This document shows, in pieces, positions 1 through 9,274 of a DNA stretch of 32,000 nt. The notes beneath the pieces were generated by a model. It made no database searches, had not been told where the DNA came from, and was given only the letters and a program-made list of their open reading frames with translations. A program made the translations under genes and the position numbers. Source of the stretch: Coprobacillaceae bacterium (GTDB taxonomy: Bacteria; Bacillota_I; Bacilli_A; Erysipelotrichales; Coprobacillaceae); the NCBI GenBank assembly GCA_963675515.1, contig OY776328.1:2010001-2042000 (forward strand), written 5' to 3'. The first letter of the stretch is position 1, and the number at the start of each line of letters is the position of its first letter.

Positions 1-9
1 TAGAAGATA

Positions 10-20
10 TTTCTAACCAC
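10..20. repeat. Left terminal inverted-repeat core of the IS (TTTCTAACCAC)
   Basis: Exact reverse complement of 1544-1554. Lies 15 nt upstream of the transposase ATG. Confidence 0.6.
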
Positions 21-34
21 GAAGGGAGAAAACC

Positions 35-1540
35 ATGTTTATCGCTTATGATATCAAAAACGGAATTGAATATGGCAAGGTTTGCACCTCGATCCGTGAG
101 GGAAAGAAAGTCAAGAAAACGTATACTAATCTCGGACGAGTTCTTGATAAAGAGCGCGGAATCTTTCAGAACCGGTCACTTGGTGTGTTCACCTATTCCG
201 TTGAAAACGGCTATGGCAAATCACCTGTGGATTTTGTACCCGATTCAAACGGAGACAGAGGAAAGATGAAACTTATCCTGGACTTCGGAGACAGCTTCTT
301 CATCAATGAATATCTGAAGCAAACAGGCTTGGATAAAGTAGTAGATGAGATCGGATACGGAAATCCGGATACCCTAAAAGCGATGCTTTCCTACTATATA
401 TTGTGTAACATGGCTAACTGCAACGCCATTGACTGGTTCGAAGGCAACTATGCGAGAATCCTGTATCCAAAGGCAAACCTTACCAGCCAGCGGATTAGTG
501 ATTTTCTCACCGCTATCGGGGATGAATACTCGGAGCGTGAATTCTTCAAGGCATATTTGGAATTCCTGTTCAGTAAAGACAACACAATCAAGGAAACCGG
601 GATACTGATTGACAGCACTGGACTTCCTAACGATATCCACTTTCCCTTGACGGCCATCAGTAACCATAACGGTCATATAAGCAATGAGGTAAGGCTGATC
701 TATGTGACCCAGCAGGATACCGGAATGCCGATATACTTCCGTTATTGTCCAGGCAACGTCATCGATACACCCACATTGGTCAGAACCATAGCTGAGTTGA
801 AGGAAAGTGGCGTCAACACTAAATTTGCCATTCTTGATGCCGGATACTATTCGGATGGTAATCTCCTGCACCTATATGAGAACAAGATATCATTCGTCAC
901 AAGACTTAAGGAAAACCTGAAGCTATACAAGCACCTGGTAAACAACCATCTCGATGGCATCCAGGATAAAGAGAATTTCGTAAGCTATAACAGCCGTTAT
1001 GCCTATATCAAACGGGTTGAGTGCGAACTTGTTGAAGGTTACACCGGATATGCCTACATCGGTCTTGACCTTGATCGGAAATCGAGCGAAAGCCATAAGT
1101 TGTTCCAGAAGGCAAAAGATCAAAAACTCAGTGATGAAGACGTTTACGAGAAGATGAAAAACAAAGGAATATTCATTTTGGTCTCATCGAGACGCATAGC
1201 GAAGGATAAAATCCTGCCGCTTTACTATACCCGGCAACAGGTTGAACAAATTTTCGACATCAGCAAGAACTATGCGGATCTATTGCCCTTGCGAGTGCAA
1301 AATGAGAACACCTTCAGAGGCCACCTGTTGTTAACGTTCATCGCAACTGTGTTCTGTAAGATGGTTCAAGACAAGCTGAAGGGTACCAAAATGAATCCTC
1401 AATCCTTGTTCCTGAACCTGCGAAACCAAAAATGCAAAGTATATGATAATGCTGTAATCACTCAAGAAGCTTTCAAGAAGGCGAATGACTGTTACAAAGC
1501 ATTCGGTATTGAATGCCCGGTCAGAATACCGAAAACCTGA
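35..1540 (+). CDS. IS1634-family DDE transposase
   Basis: 501-aa ORF with RBS GAAGGGAG upstream. N-terminus has the IS1634 pattern (YGKVCTSIREGKKVKKTYTNLGRV). Candidate DDE positions are LIDSTGLP, ILDAGYYS and the C-terminal Y-x2-R-x3-E-x6-K signature (YYTRQQVEQIFDISKN). Confidence 0.8.
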   Translation: MFIAYDIKNGIEYGKVCTSIREGKKVKKTYTNLGRVLDKERGIFQNRSLGVFTYSVENGYGKSPVDFVPDSNGDRGKMKLILDFGDSFFINEYLKQTGLDKVVDEIGYGNPDTLKAMLSYYILCNMANCNAIDWFEGNYARILYPKANLTSQRISDFLTAIGDEYSEREFFKAYLEFLFSKDNTIKETGILIDSTGLPNDIHFPLTAISNHNGHISNEVRLIYVTQQDTGMPIYFRYCPGNVIDTPTLVRTIAELKESGVNTKFAILDAGYYSDGNLLHLYENKISFVTRLKENLKLYKHLVNNHLDGIQDKENFVSYNSRYAYIKRVECELVEGYTGYAYIGLDLDRKSSESHKLFQKAKDQKLSDEDVYEKMKNKGIFILVSSRRIAKDKILPLYYTRQQVEQIFDISKNYADLLPLRVQNENTFRGHLLLTFIATVFCKMVQDKLKGTKMNPQSLFLNLRNQKCKVYDNAVITQEAFKKANDCYKAFGIECPVRIPKT

Positions 1541-1543
1541 TAT

Positions 1544-1554
1544 GTGGTTAGAAA
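1544..1554. repeat. Right terminal inverted-repeat core of the IS (GTGGTTAGAAA)
   Basis: Exact reverse complement of 10-20. Lies 4 nt after the transposase stop. Confidence 0.6.
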
Positions 1555-1556
1555 AA

Positions 1557-2620
1557 CCACCCGGGAACTAAGGTTCATTGGTTCGAGTCTGGAATGGATC
1601 ATCCATGAGCACAGTTTTTTGAGTCCTCTGGTTGCCTCTTCAACGGTGTCGCTGGATTCATAAACGTCTTGTAGTGCGGAGCGCATATTGTAGGCTCTGG
1701 CTGTCTTTAGGTTTAACTTGGCTAAATCAAATTTCTTCTGCTTTTGATTATCGGTCAAGTTACTCTCATTATTTAGCCAGATGTATTTGTTTTCTTTAAT
1801 AAGAAATTGGTGCGGACTTCTTTTTTGCGGACTTTGTCTACTGCCTCGTTGGCTTGTTTTACTCCATGTAATTTATCGAAAACAGTATGGCTGTTTTTGA
1901 AATTTCCTCTGATGCCTTTTTTGAAGCCTAACGACATGTCGCAGGTAATGATGTTGATAAGATCGGGATCACCGCCATGTTATTTGAAGTCCACGACGAA
2001 ATTATCCACTGTTTTAGAGTCTTTTCCTGGGGTAACGTTGATTACCTTGCGCTTTGCAAGATCAACACCAAGAGTGATGTCGTTGTGGCATTTCTTGTTT
2101 GTTTGTCGATACCGACGGCTGTAACATCCGAATAATCTTCTAGTTTCCAAACCTCATTGGCGTAATGCTTGATAAAACACCACAGCCGTATATAATGCTC
2201 ATCGATCATCTGAGCAATGCGAAAAACCGGGAGATGCTTGGACAACTCCACTACCCAACCTTCAAAAAGCAGGGTAAAACCCGATCCCGGTCTTGCCTAT
2301 GGCACTTGAACAGTTTGAGGCCCGTGATAATCGCAATGTACTTGTGGCAAGTCAGCATGGATGAATGTCTTGCATTGGAAGAAATTAAGATGTCTCCGGG
2401 TCCGTTTGGTTGTATCATATGCGGTTTCGCTTTCATTACAACCATCAATCGGACAGTGGAATTTACCACCATTGGTGAAACCGATATTCATATCCAATTC
2501 CATGCCCTTGTCGGTATCCATGAAATTGACATCAAAAACAGTCCAAGGTTCACCTAAGTTAAGAGCTTTTGTGAATAAGTCAAAATTAACTCGAAAAAAA
2601 ACGACTTAGAGAAACTCATT
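1557..2620 (-). pseudogene. ISL3-family transposase, decayed (several frameshifts and an in-frame stop) and 3'-truncated by the IS1634-like insertion
   Basis: Three minus-strand ORF fragments in different frames carry consecutive ISL3 pieces. 2297-2521 has the zinc-finger N-terminus (HCPIDGC...AYDTTKRTRRHLNFFQ...LPQVHCDYHG). 2042-2251 has VTAVGIDKQT, matching the IGIDE catalytic region. 1492-1758 has the C-terminal LTDNQK...LKTARAYNMRSALQDVYE...LKKLCSWMIHSRLEPM. An in-frame stop lies near 1985. Homology ends where the other IS begins. Confidence 0.7.
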
Positions 2621-2633
2621 GTTTCACTAAGTC
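2594..2633 (-). terminator. Rho-independent-type hairpin plus U-tract downstream of the PTS/cyclase operon
   Basis: On the minus strand, GACTTAG-17 nt-CTAAGTC (2633-2603) is followed by G + T8 (2602-2594), about 10 nt after the cyclase-family stop. Caveat: it overlaps the presumed 5' end of the ISL3 remnant, so it may be IS-derived sequence. Confidence 0.45.
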
Positions 2634-2642
2634 TAATTTGAT

Positions 2643-3302
2643 TTATTCATTTTTCACAAAGACTCTAGCAGCGAAGCTGGCCATTTCTACCGGAGCTGGA
2701 ACCGCAGTCAATGTTCCCGACACCCCAGCCAGGGCATCCAGATTGGTCATATCTTCACATATCACACCACCTGCCGACAATATCTCATCATGTACAGTGC
2801 AGCCAATTGTCCCGAGTGTCTCCATATTATCAATCAAAGGAGAGTCGATTCCGATAAAGACAACCCCTTTTGCAACAAGTGCTTTAGCCGCCTCCAAGGT
2901 CAGGTATGGCGGATTTTGGGCATATGCATCAGTTCCGAATTTTTTATAGTGGCCGCTGTTGAGGATTACCGCCCCGCCTGCCTGCCCGATATTTTCAATA
3001 TCTCCGGCATCAAAGCAGTCACTTCCCTCTTTCATGGTTACCACATCAAATGGCAGGTCAACCAGTTTTTCAAGCGGAATATCCGCGATTGAATAACCAT
3101 CTGGAGATCTGTGCAACGGGGCATCAAGATAGGTCCCATTGATGTTGACCATTTCAATGCGGTCAAGCAAGGCTCCGGCATTGGCTCCAAATTCCTTGGC
3201 ACTTGATTCCATATCCATGTATGTATCGATCTTAACAGCCGGGACGCCCGGAAAAGTTACCATTCCGTTGGAGATCCGGTGACTCAATTCGACAAATTTC
3301 AT
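2643..3302 (-). CDS. Cyclase-family protein (kynurenine formamidase-like fold) with a divergent metal motif
   Basis: 219 aa. N-terminus LSHRISNGMVTFPG, and motif INGTYLDAPLH aligned to the family signature HxGTHxDxPxH. Typical size for PF04199-type proteins. 30-nt gap to the upstream gene. Confidence 0.7.
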   Translation of the reverse strand: MKFVELSHRISNGMVTFPGVPAVKIDTYMDMESSAKEFGANAGALLDRIEMVNINGTYLDAPLHRSPDGYSIADIPLEKLVDLPFDVVTMKEGSDCFDAGDIENIGQAGGAVILNSGHYKKFGTDAYAQNPPYLTLEAAKALVAKGVVFIGIDSPLIDNMETLGTIGCTVHDEILSAGGVICEDMTNLDALAGVSGTLTAVPAPVEMASFAARVFVKNE

Positions 3303-3332
3303 TGTTTTCCCTCCAGTCTTTTCCCAAATATT

Positions 3333-4193
3333 TTATTCAAATATCGACAGCGACTCCATGAACTCCTTGAGGTTCATGCAATCCCATGGGAAATATTCCG
3401 CAATAGTCAATCCGACAATTTCCGTGTTCGCCGACACATCCTTGAAAATACGGGCAAGCTCTTCAAAGCGCATTTTCCCTGATGGTGCGGGGATTTCCCA
3501 GTGGTCAGGTTCCGGTTTCGAGAACATAAGCGACCGGAAGCATGTCACATCCATGACATCAAGGTCAAGATGAACAGCCAAATGCTCGATATTGTTTTGT
3601 TTGATCCAGCCGATGATAAGATCGCTGTTTTCTTTAAGCGCTTCAGGGCCACAGTGACGCAAATCAAGCTTTTCAATCCACTGCGCCTCTTCAGGAGTAG
3701 TCTCCATCAAACCCCCATACATCACTTTTTCCGGTTTGATTTTCACCTCGACAGTTGAGCCAAGCCCCTTGTCACCCGCACCCATCAGATTTCCCAACAC
3801 CATGGCGTGGCCGTGATAATACATATCCGTATTCGACAGGTCAGGATGGGCATCAAGCCACAGCACACCCAACTTTCCGTTGTATTTCTTGTTGAGGTAG
3901 GCAAATGGGGCTTGGGATACCAGACAGTCACCACCGAACACAACGATCCGGTCAGGCTGTTCTTCGTCAAGAACCCTGTTGGCAGCAGCAATATTATCCA
4001 TCAGGATTGATCTGGCTACCAGACCATCCTCTTTTTTTAGAGGATTTCCATCCGGTTTTTGGATCAGAACTTCTCTTTCAATGGTATTGTCATTTTTTGG
4101 TGCAAGAAATGACAATATCTGAGGTCCCAGATAATATTCAGGCAGATTGCCGCCTTGCCATTGGGCCATTTTCAAGCGTAATGTCTTTTTCAT
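3333..4193 (-). CDS. Arginase/ureohydrolase-family protein
   Basis: 286 aa. Family motifs appear in order: FGGDCLVS (canonical GGDHS), LWLDAHPD (DAHxD), VHLDLDVMD (SxDxDxxDP), IAEYFPWD. Confidence 0.8.
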   Translation of the reverse strand: MKKTLRLKMAQWQGGNLPEYYLGPQILSFLAPKNDNTIEREVLIQKPDGNPLKKEDGLVARSILMDNIAAANRVLDEEQPDRIVVFGGDCLVSQAPFAYLNKKYNGKLGVLWLDAHPDLSNTDMYYHGHAMVLGNLMGAGDKGLGSTVEVKIKPEKVMYGGLMETTPEEAQWIEKLDLRHCGPEALKENSDLIIGWIKQNNIEHLAVHLDLDVMDVTCFRSLMFSKPEPDHWEIPAPSGKMRFEELARIFKDVSANTEIVGLTIAEYFPWDCMNLKEFMESLSIFE

Positions 4194-4258
4194 ATTAATC
4201 CTTCTTTCATTATCAATTAAAATATATGTAATAAATAATCGGAAATTATCATGCGATA

Positions 4259-5680
<1,422 letters not shown>

Positions 5681-5690
5681 TTACACCTCA

Positions 5691-7526
5691 TTATATTTTA
5701 ATCAATAGTTCTTTTGTAGAAACTTTACCAAGTTTAAGTTTATCAATATTTGAATAATTTTTTGAATTGGTGATGATCACCGGAGTGATTGTCTCGTATC
5801 CGGCTTTTTTGATCGCATCAAAATCACATTTGACGATCAGATCGCCTTTTTTGACTTTGTCCCCGGCTTTTTTGAAAAGTTCGAAGTGTTCTCCTTTTAG
5901 ATTGACTGTATCGATACCGATATGGATCAAAACCTCTACTCCATTGACACTTTTAAGACCGATGGCATGTTTGGTAGGAAAGATTGAAACGATTTCACCA
6001 TCGAACGGCGCCACCACTTCATTTGAATCCGGCTTGATGGCGATTCCTTCACCCATCATGCCCTGAGCAAATGTTTCATCAGGCACTTCACTTAAGTCAA
6101 CCACCTCACCTGAAAGTGGGCTGAAAATGCCAGATTCTTCATGACTGAATGCGACAACTTCTTCAGTTCCTTCCAGATCTTTATAACCCCAGACAAATAC
6201 CAAGGCAAAAGTCGCAATAAAGGCAATGATCATTGAGATGATGGCGTTGGTCACGTTGGTCCATCCCTCAGGTCCTACAAATGCGGGAAGAGACAATAAT
6301 CCCGGCGCACAAAATGCATATCCTTTTACACCTGTGATCCCATTGTATAAACCACCCAGGGCCCCACCGGCCATAACACAATACAATACTTTTCTCGATT
6401 TCAAAGTGACTGCGAACAATGCCGGCTCGGTAATCCCCAACAAAGCCGTAGCTCCGGTTGTGAAACCAGTCTTTTTCATAGTTGGATTTTTTGTCCGCAA
6501 AGCAACTGACAATGCATCTGCCCCTTGGGCAATATTGCTTGGCAGGTTACCAGGAGTGGCAATCACTTCATAACCTACAGTAGCGTAACCTTGAATCATG
6601 AACGGAACAAGACCATAATGCATTCCTGTGGTAACCATCAATGGGAAAATTGCCCCGATAATTGTCGGTACGATCCAGCTGTTGTAAGATGTCAGCATAT
6701 CCAATCCGGTAGATATTCCTACCCCGACAATAAATCCTAAAGGTCCTAAAACTACGAAGGTGATCAGTGAAACAATCAGAATGGTGAATAATGGTTTAAA
6801 GAAGAATTTTAACATCTGGGAAATGACTTTTTCCAAAATCATATCCACATATTTCATCGCAAATACCATGAACAGTACCGGCAATACACTTGATGTATAA
6901 GTTGCCAAAGTTACCGGCAACCCTAAAAATGATGTGAAGTTGATGTTGAAAGCATCAGTAACCAGGGCTACATAGCTTGGGTGAATCATCGCTCCGGCAA
7001 CCGCAACTGCCAGGAACTGATTGACGTTCAATTTCTTCGCCGCTGTAAAAGCCAACATGATCGGCAAGAAATATAGTGGTGCATCGCCAATGAAGTTGAC
7101 AAAATAATAAGTGTTTCCGGTTGTATCAATCCCCAGAAGAACTCCAATTGCCAACACCGACTTGATCAGACCCGCTCCAATGATTGCCGGCAATATCGGG
7201 GTGAACACCTCTGATACGAAACTTAACAGTTTTTCCACGAATTTTTTGTTCGATCCATCTGACGATTCACCTTCAGCAGCAAAATCTCCTTCACTGGTGA
7301 TGGCAGCATACACCTTGGGAACTTGGTTTCCAATTATGACCTGGAAAACTCCGCCTGCATTGGCAGTACCCAAAACACCTTCAGTACTTTTAAGAACTTC
7401 CTCGTTTAACAGACTTTCGTCTTTCAAAGTGAATCTCAGTCTTGTCGCACAGTGGGTCAGATTTTCAACATTTGATTTGCCACCGACATTATCAATTATT
7501 TCTCTAGCTAATTTATTTACATCCAT
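5691..7526 (-). CDS. PTS beta-glucoside-family transporter, fused EIIB-EIIC-EIIA
   Basis: 611 aa. EIIB active-site CATRLRF at the N-terminus, a multi-TM EIIC core, and a C-terminal EIIA(Glc-type) domain with HIGIDTV. 13-nt gap to the GH1 gene. Confidence 0.92.
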   Translation of the reverse strand: MDVNKLAREIIDNVGGKSNVENLTHCATRLRFTLKDESLLNEEVLKSTEGVLGTANAGGVFQVIIGNQVPKVYAAITSEGDFAAEGESSDGSNKKFVEKLLSFVSEVFTPILPAIIGAGLIKSVLAIGVLLGIDTTGNTYYFVNFIGDAPLYFLPIMLAFTAAKKLNVNQFLAVAVAGAMIHPSYVALVTDAFNINFTSFLGLPVTLATYTSSVLPVLFMVFAMKYVDMILEKVISQMLKFFFKPLFTILIVSLITFVVLGPLGFIVGVGISTGLDMLTSYNSWIVPTIIGAIFPLMVTTGMHYGLVPFMIQGYATVGYEVIATPGNLPSNIAQGADALSVALRTKNPTMKKTGFTTGATALLGITEPALFAVTLKSRKVLYCVMAGGALGGLYNGITGVKGYAFCAPGLLSLPAFVGPEGWTNVTNAIISMIIAFIATFALVFVWGYKDLEGTEEVVAFSHEESGIFSPLSGEVVDLSEVPDETFAQGMMGEGIAIKPDSNEVVAPFDGEIVSIFPTKHAIGLKSVNGVEVLIHIGIDTVNLKGEHFELFKKAGDKVKKGDLIVKCDFDAIKKAGYETITPVIITNSKNYSNIDKLKLGKVSTKELLIKI

Positions 7527-7592
7527 ACATCTATCTCCTCTCTTTGTTTTGATGATTAGAATATACCAAAACAGGAAGAGCGATTAAATATT

Positions 7593-7608
7593 ATGAAAGC
7601 GTTATGAT
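7593..7608. promoter_or_regulatory. cre-like (CcpA) operator candidate upstream of the PTS operon
   Basis: ATGAAAGCGTTATGAT versus the consensus WTGNAANCGNTTNCAW (2 mismatches; 1 mismatch to the looser TGWAANCGNTNWCA). About 70 nt upstream of the PTS ATG. On the minus strand it sits immediately 5' of a CATAAT -10-like hexamer. Confidence 0.35.
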
Positions 7609-7689
7609 CCGTTGGTCCATAAAAAGACTGAAAACTTTTTGTCATTTGATCAGTTTGGACCAAATAGGGCCCATGAACGCATTACGGGC

Positions 7690-7740
7690 AAAAAAATCTT
7701 CCCGATACAGTTTCGATAACTATATCGGGAAGATTTTTTT
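7690..7740. terminator. Bidirectional intrinsic terminator
   Basis: Perfect 13-bp stem AATCTTCCCGATA / TATCGGGAAGATT (7695-7707 / 7723-7735) with a 15-nt loop, flanked by an A-run on the left and a T-run on the right. It lies immediately after the stop (7746) of the eroded minus-strand ORF. Confidence 0.65.
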
Positions 7741-7745
7741 AACTG

Positions 7746-7935
7746 TTATTTGTCATTATGGTGAAAACACATTTTCCAAGTTTGCCAACACGTCATATTG
7801 AAGAGATTTGAGATCGTTGTTTTAGAAATCCAGCCACCGCCTTCAACAGGTATGACTGGCCGTTGATATAGAAGCCATATTACTTGCAGGTACAGCAAGA
7901 CTTTGGCTGATATCCGCGAAATTGTCGCCTGGTCA
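7746..7935 (-). pseudogene. Short-chain dehydrogenase/reductase (SDR) 3'-terminal remnant with frameshifts
   Basis: The SDR C-terminal signature (P-x-DIA...FLAS..ASYITGQ.I.VDGG) is recoverable only by joining three minus-strand frames: ADISQSLAVPASNMAS / FYINGQ / IPVEGGGW. No N-terminal Rossmann part is present upstream. Confidence 0.35.
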
Positions 7936-8024
7936 TTCAAATGTAACCATTTATCGTTAGGATGATTGTTCAGTTAGAAATATCAAGGTCATTTTGACCA
8001 CTTATTGACAATTCACTTTCCTGG

Positions 8025-8216
8025 TTATTTCGCCTTATCATTCAGAAGTGGAATCAAGAAGAAAATGCAGCCAAACAGAAACAATATTCCACCGAAAAGA
8101 CTGATCATGTCTCCCGCTTTTAAACTTGCGGTAATGTATACCAAACTGCACAAGACAAACATCGTCCATCCTATGATATGAAAGTGTCTTTCTGTCTTCG
8201 GTAAAATCCGTTTCAT
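8025..8216 (-). CDS. Small two-TM membrane protein (63 aa), function unknown
   Basis: ORF with AAGGAG 11 nt upstream of the ATG and two clear hydrophobic helices (IIGWTMFVLCSLVYITA; ISLFGGILFLFGCIFFLIPLL). Confidence 0.45.
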   Translation of the reverse strand: MKRILPKTERHFHIIGWTMFVLCSLVYITASLKAGDMISLFGGILFLFGCIFFLIPLLNDKAK

Positions 8217-8371
8217 TACAATACAAACTCCTTATCTATGATATTTATAATCCATTAATATTTGTATCCTGAATACTCAGGATAATTGCTTTCGAACATA
8301 ACCCAACTAGCGCACCATGAAAATCATAGCACAATCTTAAAAGGTCTGTCCAAAAAATATCTTACAACCCC

Positions 8372-9207
8372 TTACTTGGTTTTCAAATCAAGAATTTCTT
8401 TTGCCGCATCGATGGTGGTCTGGTAGTTTTTCACCAATAAGGCGGAAAAAAGAATATCAAGGACATAGTTTACCGAAATGAAAGCATAGACCACCTCAAG
8501 ACCAGGGGGAAGTTTTTCAAATCAAGTTCGATGTACTCGCTGCAATGGGGTTTCAATTCAAGCTGGTCGTTCCCTCCGATACCGATGACAACATTCTTCT
8601 GCCCTTTCATGTATTTGGCGACTTCGACAGCGTGCTTGTTGCCTCCGGTAAATGAGATGACCACGATTGTTTCCTCAATGTTTTCTTTTTTTGACACCAC
8701 ATAATGTTCATTGATTCCCGCATAGGCCTGGCTTTCGATACCAAGCGTCATGAATTTGAATGCGGCCGCCCGGGCCAGGGTGTGGGTTATACCGATTCCA
8801 TAAAGACTTATCTTGCTCGACTTGCTTAGCTGGTTGATTACCCTGACCATCACATTGTGATCGAGATTAAGCTTTGTCTGGGTCACCGCAGTTTCGTAGA
8901 TGCTGGGAACAATATTGATGATTTCCTTATAGGTGCTGTTTGCCTTGATCGGGATGTCGTCGACCATCCCGGAAATGCGATACAGCTCAGTGATTTCGGA
9001 TTCCAAAATCCTTTTGAAATCTTTATAGCTATTCGCCCCCACCTTCCGAGTCAGCCTGATTACTGAAGCCTTGGATGAGAAAGTGTTATTGGCAAGACTT
9101 TGAGCTGAAAGTTCATGAATTTCTGAAATGTTTTGGAGGATATATTCAGCTATGGAGCGTTCGATATCCGTAAAATCTTCCATTTCCTTCAATTGATTGA
9201 TAATCAT
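8372..9207 (-). pseudogene. RpiR/MurR-family transcriptional regulator (HTH_6 + SIS) disrupted by a 1-nt frameshift near its 3' end
   Basis: The true start is the ATG at 9207 (GGAGGAGG RBS), not the track start 9324. The HTH region is SAQSLANNTFSSKASVIRLTRKVGANSYKDFK and the SIS region is ISLYGIGITH...VISFTGGN. The track frame stops at 8470. The family-typical C-terminus (LEVVYAFISVNYVLDILFSALLVKNYQTTIDAAKEILDLKTK*) continues in the -1 frame to the TAA at 8372-8374. The shift maps to the G5 (8505-8509) / T5 (8513-8517) homopolymers. Confidence 0.8.
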
Positions 9208-9274
9208 TACTTCGCCTCCTCCACCCTGACTTCTCTTCGATTCATTTTTGGCATTCCTGAAAGAATGATTTATG

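Larger units (their letters stand above)
1..1560 (+). mobile_element. IS1634-like (IS4-superfamily) insertion sequence; left terminus at or just beyond the window edge
   Basis: A single 501-aa DDE transposase ORF is bracketed by a perfect 11-nt inverted repeat (TTTCTAACCAC at 10-20, GTGGTTAGAAA at 1544-1554). The right end abuts the point where an ISL3 transposase reading frame loses homology (~1557-1575). Outer IS boundaries are not resolved. Confidence 0.6.

Noticed and set aside
7690-7740. Possible BglG/LicT-type RAT/terminator riboregulator upstream of the PTS gene
   Set aside because: No antiterminator (PRD) gene is present and no RAT-like sequence overlaps the 5' arm. The hairpin sits about 165 nt upstream of the PTS ATG, directly after the stop of the eroded upstream ORF. 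It is better explained as that gene's bidirectional terminator.
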